A DNA stretch of 64,000 nucleotides from Nitrospirota bacterium (GCA_963703955.1 CAVPGK010000021.1:120065-184064); one strand, 5' to 3'. Positions 1 to 10,820 are shown, numbered from the stretch's first letter. Notes: generated by a model not told the origin, from the letters alone. A program made the numbers and translations.

Positions 1-1741
1 ATCACTATGCCGGTTGTGGACTCGTGTCAATGCCGGCAGGCGACTAAGCGTGGGTTGTTTTCCTCTTTTCTCTTCTCCCGATGATGCCTTAGAATTGATT
101 CCCATACCGGCCGTTGAGGCCGGCCTCACAACAGAGACGTGGTCACCCGTGCCGGCTCCCATCGAAGGAAGGAACATCGAATCGCTGAAGGAAAGTTTAG
201 CCACGGTACTTCCGCTGTTCAATGTCGCGCGGGCGCACCTCCAGATGGGCCGCAGCTCCTGGCTCTATGACTCCTCTGCTGACGGGTTTATGCACGTCGA
301 AGCGCCTATTCGGTTCCAGGGGACGGTCTTCTCCTTCCCCGACGGAGCTCTCACCCTAGCCGAGCCTATTGGGTCCAGCACTCGGGAGTTACTGGAAGCC
401 TTTCTTCGGACCGCGGTCGAGACCGCCCGGACCCGTGACCTGCTGAACACGGTCTTCAAGACAAGCCTGGCCCTTTCTTCAAACCTCAATCTACGGGCGC
501 TGCTCAGGGATCTGATGGCGCTGACAGAAGAGGCGCTGGGAGCCGAAGCCGGCTCTGTGATGTTGTTGGATCACACCAAGTCCACCCTCTACTGGGAACT
601 GGCCGAGCGCGATCCGGCAGGTGTGCTTGAGAGACGGTCCTTACCTGTCGGTGAAGGTATCGCAGGAACGGTAGCCAAGACTGGGAATGCCATTATCGTC
701 GCCGACGCACAGCGTGACCCGCGTGTGGCGAAATGGGTCGGTCAGGCGATCGGCTTCCAGACACGTTCGATCCTGTGTGTCCCGATGCGCTGTAAAGGGG
801 AGGTCATCGGCGTGCTTCAGGTGCTCAACAAGATGAAGGGGATCTTCGGGAAGCAAGACGAGGAACTGCTGGAGCTGATCGCAGCCGAGGCCGGGGTGGC
901 CGTTGAGAACGCCAGGCTCTATGGCACTCTCGAAGAGCGGGTTCGTCTCCGCACGGAGGAACTTTCCGCGGCCAACGCACAGTTTAGCCGCACGCTCGAT
1001 CAGCTCAAGGCGACGCAGACCCACCTCGTCCAATCCGAAAAAATGGCAGCGCTTGGCAAGCTAGTCGGTGGCATCTCCCATGAGATCAACACTCCCCTCG
1101 GCGCAATCACGAGCAATACCAACCTGCTTGACCGTGGGTTCAAACGACTGACCGGGTCGGTGGACGGCCAAGGGAAAGAGTTACTGACGACCTTGGACCC
1201 TCTGCTCCAGACCAACACGGAGGCGTGTCGGCGGATCTCCGCTATCGTTAAGAATCTCAAGACTTTTGCCCGCCTCGACGAGGCTGAATGGAAGAGCGCG
1301 GATCTTCGGGAGGGAATGGAGACCACGCTCACGCTGGTCCATCACCTTCACAAGGGTCGCATCGAGATGATCCGGGAGTATGAGGCGATTCCACCTGTGG
1401 AATGCCACTCCGGGCAGATCAACCAAGTTTTCATGAACTTGCTGGTGAACGCCATTCAAGCCATTGAGGGGGCCGGAAAGATCTGGATCAGGATGGGACT
1501 GGATATGTACAGTGTGAAGGTGGAGATTCAAGACACAGGGATCGGCATCGCGGACACCCACCTCCCGAAGATCTTCGACCCCGGCTTCACGACAAAGGGT
1601 GTCGGCGTCGGCACGGGGTTGGGACTCTCGATCTGTTACCAAATCATTAACGAGCACCACGGAAGGATCCAGGCCTCGAGTCAGCAAGGAGTGGGAAGCA
1701 CCTTCACGGTACTCCTACCCATCTCGCTTCGGAAACAGTAG
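1..1741 (+). CDS. GAF-domain sensor histidine kinase (probably 5'-truncated by the window edge)
   Basis: Frame is open back to base 2. GAF (GEGIAGTVAKTG, SILCVPM..GEVIGVLQVLNK), H-box SHEINTPLG, N-box MNLLVNAIQA, DTGIG, FDPGFTTK, GTGLGL. Confidence 0.9.
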   Translation, partial: SLCRLWTRVNAGRRLSVGCFPLFSSPDDALELIPIPAVEAGLTTETWSPVPAPIEGRNIESLKESLATVLPLFNVARAHLQMGRSSWLYDSSADGFMHVEAPIRFQGTVFSFPDGALTLAEPIGSSTRELLEAFLRTAVETARTRDLLNTVFKTSLALSSNLNLRALLRDLMALTEEALGAEAGSVMLLDHTKSTLYWELAERDPAGVLERRSLPVGEGIAGTVAKTGNAIIVADAQRDPRVAKWVGQAIGFQTRSILCVPMRCKGEVIGVLQVLNKMKGIFGKQDEELLELIAAEAGVAVENARLYGTLEERVRLRTEELSAANAQFSRTLDQLKATQTHLVQSEKMAALGKLVGGISHEINTPLGAITSNTNLLDRGFKRLTGSVDGQGKELLTTLDPLLQTNTEACRRISAIVKNLKTFARLDEAEWKSADLREGMETTLTLVHHLHKGRIEMIREYEAIPPVECHSGQINQVFMNLLVNAIQAIEGAGKIWIRMGLDMYSVKVEIQDTGIGIADTHLPKIFDPGFTTKGVGVGTGLGLSICYQIINEHHGRIQASSQQGVGSTFTVLLPISLRKQ

Positions 1742-1746
1742 TCCCT

Positions 1747-3243
1747 ATGGGTCGACCCGCGACAGAGTTCTTCGATTACCTCGTCGTCAGTGACCTGCAT
1801 CTCCAGGAGGTTGATCTGAACCCCACCGGGCGCCTCTTTTACTTCGACCAGGAGTTCACCGACTTCCTCCGATATTATCGCCAGCGCTACGAGGGAACCC
1901 GGCGATGGAGATTGATCATTGCGGGGGACTTCATCGAGTTCTATCTCAGAGTCCACGAACAACCGAATCCTGACGACAGGTTGCTCAGAGGGGCCACCCT
2001 TACTGAGACGGACTTGAAATTCTTTCCCGGCACCGAACGGCAGAAATCCGTTTGGAAGCTGGACCGGATTGTCAGGAGCCACCAGTTGCTCTTCATTGCG
2101 TTGGCTCGTTTCATCCTCGAAGGGCATGAGATCTATGTTCTCAGAGGCAACCACGATCTCGAGTTCTTCTGGCCGGAGGTCCAAACCCACTTCCGCTTAT
2201 TGCTGACCCAGTTTCATCCTGCGGAGGCAAGCTATTTGGAAATGAAGAAGGTCGTCGAAGAGCGGATTCACTTCCTTCCCTGGTTCTATCTGGAAAGGGA
2301 CCTGTTGTTCGTAGAACATGGGCATCAGTACGACGCGTACTGTTCCAGCGCGCACAATCTCTACCCAGTGCTGCCCCACAATCATCAGGCGCTTGAGTTG
2401 GCCCTTTCAGCCTTCGTCCTGCGGTATTTCCACGCGCGGATCAAGCACATGGAACTGGCGGCGATGGAAAACATCAACTCAATCCCAAAGTCGTTCTGGC
2501 ACCTGATTCGAGACAATCGGGATCAAATTCTACGGATGCCGTTCTATTTGCTGGAGATGGTCGTCCGCATATTGAAAAAGTTCCGGCCGGTCCAGCCGGC
2601 TCTGGATCTACCTATACAGGAGATGGAAACGAAGATCCGAGAGAGCCTCAAGGCGACCTACGGTCTTTCGGATGAGCATCTGCAGATCATTGAACGGCTT
2701 GCGCGACCGCCGGTACTGCTCAGTCGATGGCAGACGATCAAGTGCTTCTCTCTGGATCTCCTCATCGCCGGTATCGCTGCCCTGTTGGTCGGCATCGGCC
2801 TTTCTCTGACTGCGTCGACCTCGACGTGGAGATGGGCGCCTGTCGCGGTCTCCTGCCTTGTTGTCCTGGCCCTCGTGTTCCTTGGAAAGGCACGCCTTGC
2901 CGCTTTCAACGACCATCGCAACCTGCGGGATATTGCTCGTACCATCCGCGACACTCTTGCGTGCCGGTTTGTCGTCTTCGGTCATTCTCACGACCCCGAT
3001 GTGTACCCGCTCTCCGCCTCCAAGGGCCAGTGGTACTTTAACGTGGGGACTTGGGCGCCTCGCAGCAAGGAATCGCAGTTCGTATACCTGGAAATCACCG
3101 ACACGCAGATAAGCCCGTCAGCCCATCTCATGCGATGGGACCGGAAGAGCGAACAGCCTCTTGAGTTGGACATGGCGAGTTACGTCAAGGGAAGCGCGGA
3201 GAGAGAGGCCATGCTCGCGGGAGAGAGAGCGGGATTGCGCTAG
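1747..3243 (+). CDS. Calcineurin-like metallophosphoesterase with two inserted TM helices
   Basis: Motifs SDLH, GDFIE, GNHD, EHGH, FGHSH. Hydrophobic stretches LLIAGIAALLVGIGLSL and VAVSCLVVLALVFLG. Starts 5 nt after the kinase stop. Confidence 0.85.
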   Translation: MGRPATEFFDYLVVSDLHLQEVDLNPTGRLFYFDQEFTDFLRYYRQRYEGTRRWRLIIAGDFIEFYLRVHEQPNPDDRLLRGATLTETDLKFFPGTERQKSVWKLDRIVRSHQLLFIALARFILEGHEIYVLRGNHDLEFFWPEVQTHFRLLLTQFHPAEASYLEMKKVVEERIHFLPWFYLERDLLFVEHGHQYDAYCSSAHNLYPVLPHNHQALELALSAFVLRYFHARIKHMELAAMENINSIPKSFWHLIRDNRDQILRMPFYLLEMVVRILKKFRPVQPALDLPIQEMETKIRESLKATYGLSDEHLQIIERLARPPVLLSRWQTIKCFSLDLLIAGIAALLVGIGLSLTASTSTWRWAPVAVSCLVVLALVFLGKARLAAFNDHRNLRDIARTIRDTLACRFVVFGHSHDPDVYPLSASKGQWYFNVGTWAPRSKESQFVYLEITDTQISPSAHLMRWDRKSEQPLELDMASYVKGSAEREAMLAGERAGLR

Positions 3244-3470
3244 GAGTCTGTCCGAGTAATCCTTCGTTGCGAGGCGAAGGAGGTGCGGGAAGATGCGAGG
3301 CCGCAGGCTCAAAAAGACCGGAGGCGTATTCGCTGGAATACGTTGAGGATTGTGTCGGGCCGAGAACGACGCAGATGCTTGCAGATCGTTTGCCGCAGTA
3401 GAGCGGCATTACTCGGACAGACTCCTAAGCTTGCCGGGCGAGGTAAAGCTTGGCCCTGCGCGACCGGATG

Positions 3471-3947
3471 CTAGACTCGTTGCTGAAGCTGGCCAAGCTG
3501 CCGGTCGAGATAGCGCAGCTTCGCTTCCAGCTCCTGAACGTATTCCTGTAGCCGATAGATCAACGCCCGCTCGTTCAACCCGCTCTCGATTATCCGAAGA
3601 AGATCGTCGTTATTCCACGGCTTTTCGAGGTACTGATACAGACGAACTTCGTTGATCGCGCGGACTGCGCTCTCCTTATCGGCATAGCCGGTGAGAACGA
3701 TCAGGTGGATGGCCGGGTACAGTCTTCGTACCTCCTTCAGGAACGTGACGCCATCCATATTGGGCATCAAGTAATCCGAAATAGCGAGGTCGATCGAATT
3801 GCGGCGGATGGCATCCAAGGCCGCCTGAGGCGTCGTGAACGTGAGCACCTTGTGGTGGGGCATCTCGAGTGAGAGCAGCGTACGAAGGCTGTTGACGACA
3901 CTTTCATCGTCGTCAACAATCAGGATCCGTTTCTGGTTCTCACCCAT
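3471..3947 (-). CDS. Response regulator (receiver domain plus short coiled coil)
   Basis: ILIVDDD, ISDYLMPNMDG, LTGY, EKPW. Confidence 0.92.
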   Translation of the reverse strand: MGENQKRILIVDDDESVVNSLRTLLSLEMPHHKVLTFTTPQAALDAIRRNSIDLAISDYLMPNMDGVTFLKEVRRLYPAIHLIVLTGYADKESAVRAINEVRLYQYLEKPWNNDDLLRIIESGLNERALIYRLQEYVQELEAKLRYLDRQLGQLQQRV

Positions 3948-4210
3948 GCTTCATCGCCTCAGAGGTATGGATCGTTCTGAATAAGTAACAAACTCATTGT
4001 ACGAACAAGTGAGACGGTAATTCAACAGAATTTCCGGTACTGGATTAGCCCACTATCGAAGTTCCATGCCCCACTGTCCCGGATTCAACTGGGATCCTCC
4101 CTCACCTTACTCCCTTGTGCAGTGATCTTGCCCGAATGGCGACGGAAAAAGTGAGGACCAAGTCCTGACGCGAGAAGCGATAGGAGGGTCAGACTATGAC
4201 CCTTGACGAC

Positions 4211-6535
4211 TCACGTCTCACGTGGTCCGGTGGGCAATGTAACGTAGAAGCGGCTGCCGTTGCCTTCGCGGCGCTCCACCCAGATGCGGCCGCCGTGCAG
4301 TTCCACGAGACTTCTTGCGATGGCGAGCCCCAGTCCTGCGCCCCGCGTTTCCGACGGGGTCGAGTCGGCTCGGTAGAACTTCTCAAAGACTCTCTCAGCC
4401 TCACGGGGCGCAAGGCCGCGTCCCGTGTCCTCCACGCACATCCTCACCGAATTCGCGTCAGGCCGATCTGATTTGACGATCACTTGGCCGCCACTGGGGG
4501 TGAACTTGATCGCATTATGAACCAGATTGCTCAACACCTGATGGAGCTTGTCTCTATCCCCCTGAATCGTCGGCAGGTCGCCCTGGTGTTGCATGCTCAG
4601 GGCAACGGATTTCTCCTGCGCGATCCTCTGCAGGCTCTCCACCACCTCCGACACCAGATCCGGAATGGAGACGGGAGTCACGTACATGTCGATCCGACCG
4701 GCTTCGATTCTCGAGAGATCCAACAGATCGTTGATCATCCTCGTGAGCCTCTCCGTATTGTGATTGACCCGCGTGAGGTACGCGATCTGTTTTTCGGTCA
4801 ATTCGCCCACGAGGCCGTCGAGCATATTCTCCACATAGGCTTTGATCGAGGTCATCGGCGTGCGAAGTTCATGCGACACCGTGGAGACAAACGCCGATTT
4901 GAGCTGGTCCAACTCCCGCAGCTTCTCGTTCGCGATCTGAAGCTCGCGATTGACCTCTTCAAGCGCCCCGGTTCGCTCACGGACTTTGCTCTCGAGGCTG
5001 ATGTTGAGCGACTCGATTTGGCGGTAGGCCTCCGCATGATCCAACGCAATGGCCAACTGGTTGGCCACCGTGACCATGATATCCAGGTCCTCCTCATTCA
5101 GCGCATGCTCTTGTAGCCGATCCACCGTGAGCGTGCCGATCACCCGATCCTTGACCTTCAGCGGGACGGAGATAAACGATTGCGCGCGGGTGAAGGCCGC
5201 CAGTTGCTGCGTGAACGGGTGCAGGTGATCCCACACCTCTCGGATATCTTTGACCAATATCGGTGTTCCTCCGATCTGCACTCTTCCTTCAATGCTGTTC
5301 GGATCGGTCACGGGGGTTTCGAGCGAACGGGCAAAGGCCGCCACCTCGGCCGGCGTGCCGATCGATCGAGCGTCATACGAGACCTGCCGGATGGGATCGT
5401 AAAACGCGATCATGACTCGATCGTAGTGGAGATTCGAGTGGATCGTCTCCAGCGCCGTTTGAAGCAAGACCTCACGATCCAGGGTGGAGCTGACGAACAC
5501 GCCGGTTTGATGAAGCAGCGTCAATTGTCCCACCTTCCGCTTCAACTCCACCGTGACCTGTTCTTGGACTAAATAGGCTTCACGAAGCTCTTCATGTCTG
5601 GCGTCGACGAATTCGAGCTGTTCTTGGATGAGTCGCTCTCTGACCTTGATGCCCTCGGTGAGCCTCCACCATTCGTTCGCAAGCCATGCGGCCGCCGCGG
5701 GAATCAGTGCGATGATCGCGGCTTCCGCAAGACCGGCGGCGGGGTTCCGAAGCCGCATGTACGCAAACGCCGCTAGCCAGCCCAGACTCGCCGCCACCGG
5801 CCCGACGAAGCTGGGGTGGTCTTTTGGAACCCACCTAAATTCCCATTCACAATACTCCGCACCATCGGCGATACAGGTCCGGTCGATAACGGTGGCCGGT
5901 TGAAGGGAATGAACTTGTTGCGGCACCGCCGCCAGACCGGCCTTGGACGACTGACAGATCAATTCCGCGCACGCTTTCCGATAGGGACCGAACTGCTGAT
6001 ACACGTGGTCCGTGAATTTCATGCGAAGCACCGCGGATCGGTCCGTGATCGCGCCGGCCTCGAAATGAATAGATCCCTTGGCGAACTTCTCGCCGAAGTG
6101 CGAAAACATTTTATAGATCTGATGAACCGGAAACGGGCGACCCAATGTTTGGATAATGGGGGAAATGAACTTCTCTTGTCCGACATGGAACTGGAACAGG
6201 GGATCTTTCGAAACCTGCTTGCACAATTCACCGAGGTAACACACAAATTCATACGAGTAACTGTTCCAGACGTTCTGAAGAAACTTCGGCGTAACATGAT
6301 GCGCCACATCGCGCTGGCGCTCATTCAACTTCTGGCACAATTCTTCGACTGCTTGCCTGCCCGCCTTCGGGCCCCCGGTTCGGCTCACCACCTCTTCGAG
6401 GTAGTCCACGTTGGCCCGAACGGTGACACCGCTGACATCGCGGATCTTTTCGCCGCGCGAATTGATCCCGAACGGCGGGTATTCCATATAGGCCCGCTCG
6501 AGAATCCGGTGGTCTTTGGAGAGCAACTCTGTCAC
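4211..6535 (-). CDS. Sensor histidine kinase: V4R-like N-terminal domain, 2 TM, GAF, HisKA, HATPase
   Basis: SHELRTPMTSI, NLVHNAIKFT, DTGRG, GAGLGLAI. N-terminal CIADGAEYCEWEF resembles the V4R Cys signature. Confidence 0.88.
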   Translation of the reverse strand: MTELLSKDHRILERAYMEYPPFGINSRGEKIRDVSGVTVRANVDYLEEVVSRTGGPKAGRQAVEELCQKLNERQRDVAHHVTPKFLQNVWNSYSYEFVCYLGELCKQVSKDPLFQFHVGQEKFISPIIQTLGRPFPVHQIYKMFSHFGEKFAKGSIHFEAGAITDRSAVLRMKFTDHVYQQFGPYRKACAELICQSSKAGLAAVPQQVHSLQPATVIDRTCIADGAEYCEWEFRWVPKDHPSFVGPVAASLGWLAAFAYMRLRNPAAGLAEAAIIALIPAAAAWLANEWWRLTEGIKVRERLIQEQLEFVDARHEELREAYLVQEQVTVELKRKVGQLTLLHQTGVFVSSTLDREVLLQTALETIHSNLHYDRVMIAFYDPIRQVSYDARSIGTPAEVAAFARSLETPVTDPNSIEGRVQIGGTPILVKDIREVWDHLHPFTQQLAAFTRAQSFISVPLKVKDRVIGTLTVDRLQEHALNEEDLDIMVTVANQLAIALDHAEAYRQIESLNISLESKVRERTGALEEVNRELQIANEKLRELDQLKSAFVSTVSHELRTPMTSIKAYVENMLDGLVGELTEKQIAYLTRVNHNTERLTRMINDLLDLSRIEAGRIDMYVTPVSIPDLVSEVVESLQRIAQEKSVALSMQHQGDLPTIQGDRDKLHQVLSNLVHNAIKFTPSGGQVIVKSDRPDANSVRMCVEDTGRGLAPREAERVFEKFYRADSTPSETRGAGLGLAIARSLVELHGGRIWVERREGNGSRFYVTLPTGPRET

Positions 6536-6884
6536 AGTCGGTTCACAGACCGAGGACGGCGAACGCCGGCGGCCATCGCCACCCTACATACTATTCCAGC
6601 TCACAATTGACGACCAAGAGTCCATTCCTTCCCTCGCTCCGGCGAACGATCGGCGGAAGATCTTGGGCTAGGGTAAATCCGCTATCACTGCCAATTGGAC
6701 CAGGCCCCTTAGTCAACATATAACTTACGTAGGCGGCTCAAGACAATCCCTGCGGTCGCAGTATGTTACCACGGTCACCGTGTCGTACAAACAAGGACGA
6801 CCAACCAACTGGGGATGACACTGGAGTCGGTGCGGGGAGGATGGTGCGCGAGGGACCGATCTGGCACTGAAAAGGAGACGAGCG

Positions 6885-8747
6885 ATGGCCAATGCACCTA
6901 GTAACGGACCCAACAACCTGGTTCGGGATCTTCAGAAGGCGAAAGACGATCTCATAGCCGGGCTCGCCAAGGGCGACGCGCGCGCGACCGAGACGCTGCG
7001 CGTCCGGTACGACATGCTGCAGAGCCGCTGGCGCGCGAAGGCGCAAGCGCGCATCGAACAAATCCGAACCACGGCCGCAGCGCCCGCTCCGCCCGCCACC
7101 CTCAACGCACAACTCTATCCGTTTCCTCCCGCGCCGGTCGCACCGGGCGTGGGGGTCTGCCTCTCAGGCGGTGGCTCGCGCGCGGCGTCCGCTTCGATGG
7201 GCGAGTTGCGAGGGCTGCGCTCGCTAGGCTTCCTGGATCAGGTCTCTGTGCTCTCGACGGTCTCCGGCGGCTCATGGGCCGGTGTCCCCTTCTCCTATTT
7301 GCCCGCGGACGTTTCGGACGATGAATTCCTGGGCGGTGTCGTTCCCAATCCCGAAGACCTGACCTGGACTCATCACTCCGGCGAAGATCCTGCCCGCGCG
7401 CTCGATCTTCTCTCCGACCATGCGCTCGGCAGTCTCTGCACGCGCGTCGGACTGCTTGAGTTTCTCGCCAAGGCCGCCGAGCTGTTGGAGTATTACCGAG
7501 ACTCGCCGCACGTGCTCTGGTGCCGAGCCGTCGGCGCGCTGATTCTCGAACCGTTCGGGCTCGGCGACATCACCCGGCAGCGCTCGCCGGCCACCTACTT
7601 CAGCGACACCAGCGAATGGCTCAACACGGTGATCCTCGGGGGTGGCCGGAATCCTGCGTTGAGCGCGTCGGACTTTTATCTCGTGCGGAAACCCGGGCGG
7701 CCGTACCTCGTCACGAATTCCACGCTGTTCTATCCCGCCGGCGTGCACCTTCGACGTCCCGCGCCCGGAAGCCCCGGACTTCAGCCGTATCCGTTCGAAG
7801 CCTCGTCAAAGGGAGTCGGGGTGCCGTTTCCGTTGCAGAAGGACCTCGGCGGAGAGTACGTCGATCCGTTCGCGTTCGGAGGTCAGGCGCCGACTACTGC
7901 GCCCGTGCAGGACCGCATTCAAGTCGCTACCCCATTGCAGCGCTTCTCCCTCTCGGACATTGCCGGCACCAGCAGCTCGGCATTCGTCGGGCCGCTGATC
8001 CAGTACTTCTATGCCCATTACCCGTGGCTTGAAGAGATCGATCCCATCTACTCGTACTGGCCGGTGATGACGTCCGGGCAGATTCCAGCGCAGCCGTACT
8101 TCATCGGGGACGGCGGCAATTTGGAGAACACCGGCATCATGGCCCTGCTCCGCCGGAAGATGCCCCGCATCGTCGCCTTTGTCCATGCGCTGACGCCGTT
8201 GTCCTGGGACACCGGGGCCAAGCAAGTTGTGGTAGACAGTCAACTTCCGCCGCTCTTCGGCCTCCAACCCAAGATTCCTGGACAGCCATATATCCCATAT
8301 CCCGGTCCGGCGGCTCCCGTCCCCGCGTCCGCTGCGCCATATCGTTACAACCAGGTCTTTGATTCGCAGGCCTTTTATAGCCTGATCGATACACTGTGGA
8401 AGGCCCATCAGGCGGGCGGCTCGGCCATCTGCAAGCAAACCCAACTCACCGTGCACGACAATCCGCGTTTCGGCATTCACGGGGTCGGACCGGTCGATAT
8501 TCTGTGGGTCTACACCAATCCGGTGACGTCTTGGCGCAACCGGTTGAGGACGACCGTCAGGCTGGGGATGGACTTTGAGCCGCTGCTCTATGGTTCGTTC
8601 CCGAACTACGACACGTTTCTGCAACTCCATCTGGTGTCACGGCAGGTCAATCTGCTCGCGCACCTCTCATGCTGGAACGTGATCAATGAACGGTCGATCG
8701 GCGGCTTTTCGCCGAATGCGCGACTGTTTCGCGAAATGTTCGACTAG
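6885..8747 (+). CDS. cPLA2/patatin-like phospholipase
   Basis: Oxyanion loop SGGGSRA, nucleophile elbow STVSGGSW, catalytic DGG. AAGGAG RBS upstream. No obvious signal peptide. Confidence 0.8.
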   Translation: MANAPSNGPNNLVRDLQKAKDDLIAGLAKGDARATETLRVRYDMLQSRWRAKAQARIEQIRTTAAAPAPPATLNAQLYPFPPAPVAPGVGVCLSGGGSRAASASMGELRGLRSLGFLDQVSVLSTVSGGSWAGVPFSYLPADVSDDEFLGGVVPNPEDLTWTHHSGEDPARALDLLSDHALGSLCTRVGLLEFLAKAAELLEYYRDSPHVLWCRAVGALILEPFGLGDITRQRSPATYFSDTSEWLNTVILGGGRNPALSASDFYLVRKPGRPYLVTNSTLFYPAGVHLRRPAPGSPGLQPYPFEASSKGVGVPFPLQKDLGGEYVDPFAFGGQAPTTAPVQDRIQVATPLQRFSLSDIAGTSSSAFVGPLIQYFYAHYPWLEEIDPIYSYWPVMTSGQIPAQPYFIGDGGNLENTGIMALLRRKMPRIVAFVHALTPLSWDTGAKQVVVDSQLPPLFGLQPKIPGQPYIPYPGPAAPVPASAAPYRYNQVFDSQAFYSLIDTLWKAHQAGGSAICKQTQLTVHDNPRFGIHGVGPVDILWVYTNPVTSWRNRLRTTVRLGMDFEPLLYGSFPNYDTFLQLHLVSRQVNLLAHLSCWNVINERSIGGFSPNARLFREMFD

Positions 8748-9112
8748 CCTGAATAGAAAAGCGCAATGCTCACAGCGCGCTGAACTGTTTCAGTCTACAG
8801 AGGAGTCCGAGCCATGGGCGGTCTAGTCGAAGATTGGAACCGTAACGCCTTGCTACAAATTCCTGGTCCCCAAGAATTGCACAATTGCGGAGGTCACAAA
8901 AAGACTCTCGATCTCATTGTCGAGACGCCGATGGCCGGAGGGATATTTCAGGATTGGGTCGGGTGGATGTCAAGCGCGCTGCAGGTGCGAGCGATACGTG
9001 CGTAACGATGAAGCTCCCGACGGTACAAACCGATCGGGTGAGCTCCATCGCTACGCGCGGCTGCTGGTGATGCGCCCTCGGTCAACTGCACGGGTTAGTG
9101 AGACCGATTCTG

Positions 9113-9421
9113 TCAGGCCACGTCGGCGAGCACGAGGAGATCTACGCGACCGTGGTAGCGATCGTCGATATTCCCCGAGCTGTCGCGAAGCAAGTAGTTG
9201 GCTCTGACAGTCACGGTATTGTTGCTTATTCTGTCTACACTTGCATCAATCATCTCACGAAACATGTGGTGGTCGCTGTCCGTAAACTGGGCATCAAAGC
9301 CGTTCAACGCGACGTCTGCCCTATTCACACGACCGCCGAACACCACTGTCGCTACTTCACTCTGGATCTGACCCTTCGTTGAGTCGAAGTTGATGGTCGT
9401 TCTTCGGAAATCCATCGCCAT
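9113..9421 (-). CDS. Small beta-rich hypothetical protein (possibly H-type lectin-like fold)
   Basis: Strong AAGGAGG RBS, 102 aa, alternating beta-strand pattern. Fold guess is inference. Confidence 0.7.
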   Translation of the reverse strand: MAMDFRRTTINFDSTKGQIQSEVATVVFGGRVNRADVALNGFDAQFTDSDHHMFREMIDASVDRISNNTVTVRANYLLRDSSGNIDDRYHGRVDLLVLADVA

Positions 9422-9774
9422 GGTATCCTCCTTTCTACGAGGAACAGCACCAAGCAGTTCCCGTGGGTGCGACGCTTACTTTCGCCCTTCGACAAAAACC
9501 AGCAGTCCTCTTAACGAGCGCCGCGAGCAGGAACGCGAAAACTCCACCATTCGCTTCACTCGCTGGCCTGTCACGTTGGTGAATGGCAAAGGCTGTGCCA
9601 GCGCGATCAAGCTCTCTTTATGAACGGGTCAGAGAGCGCAACTGTTCGGTTTGCTTGGGAAGATCAAGAGCTCGTGGGACAGGCATGCAGCGACATGCAT
9701 TCCGGTTCAGCCGCGCGCCACTATCTAAACGGATACCGGGCCGGATCGGATCAGATACAGCGAGACCAGGCACT

Positions 9775-9832
9775 GGGTCGATCAGGGGTTTTCCGGCCCA
9801 ACATGGAACTGCTTCGGGAGATGTTTGACTAG
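9775..9832 (+). pseudogene. Remnant C-terminus of a paralog of the 6885-8747 phospholipase
   Basis: GSIRGFP/PNMELLREMFD* (one extra base) aligns with RSIGGFSPNARLFREMFD* at 8691-8747. Confidence 0.75.
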
Positions 9833-9954
9833 GGCACATCGATTTGCTTGGGAGCGTCAACCAATTCGATATCCTGCTTGTTTTGATGTATCAGGGATCA
9901 CTCTGGCTTCTTGAACTCCCCGAGTGGGCTGCTGCCGGTGTGGTTGACACCCGC

Positions 9955-10820
9955 TTACGCTACTCCGGCCTTCATTTCGAACTCCATCGGGCTGAGATAC
10001 CCGAGCGTGGAGTGCCGCCGCGTCGGATTGTAGAAACGTTCGATGTAATCGAACACGTCGGCCCTAGCCTGGGCTCGCGTGCGGTATGTCTTAGCTGCCG
10101 TGCGTTCGGTTTTTAGTGAGGAGAAGAAGCTCTCCATTGCCGCATTGTCCCAGACGTTGCCGGCCCGGCTCATGCTACAGGTGACGCCGTGGTCGGCCAA
10201 GAGCCGCTGGAAAGGCTCACTCGTGTACTGGCTGCCTCGATCAGAGTGATGCAGCCCGGTCTCGGGCTTCCCCCGCCGCCAGAGCGCCATCACGAGCGCA
10301 TCGGTGACGAGTTGCGCGGTCATTGTCGCACTCATGGACCAGCCGACCACCCGTCGCGAAAAGAGATCGATGACCGCGGCGACGTAGAGCCAGCCTTCGG
10401 CGGTCCAGATATAGGTGAAGTCCGCAACCCATTTGCGATTCGCAGACGAGGCGTCGAAGGACCGGTTGAGCACATTCGGGGCCAGGGCGTTCGTCGAGTG
10501 CACGCCCGTGTCGAGCGGTACCCGTCGCCGCCTAGGACGTGCTCGTAAGGCCGCTTGTCGCATCAGCCGCTCAATCCGATGGAGGCCGCAGGCGATTCCC
10601 TCCGCGAGCAGGTCGTGCCAGACACGCCGAGCCCCGTACGTGCGATCGCTGGTGAGGAAGCTGGTCCGCACTCTGGCCAGTAGCTGCTCATCGGCCCGCG
10701 CCCGTCCACTCAGCGGCCGGGTCAGCCAGACATAAAACCCTCCCGCGAGACACCGAGCGCCTCGCATAACCAACCGGTCGGCCAGATCCCCCGGTGCTTC
10801 GCGATGAAGGCGAACTTCAC
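9955..10820 (-). CDS. IS3 transposase OrfB (DDE integrase core), with a 1-nt frameshift near 10742
   Basis: GTG start overlapping the OrfA stop reads MKFAFIAKHRGIWP..EALGVSR, then shifts into GFYVWL..WVADFTY..HSDRGSQY..NAAMESFF. Confidence 0.88.
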
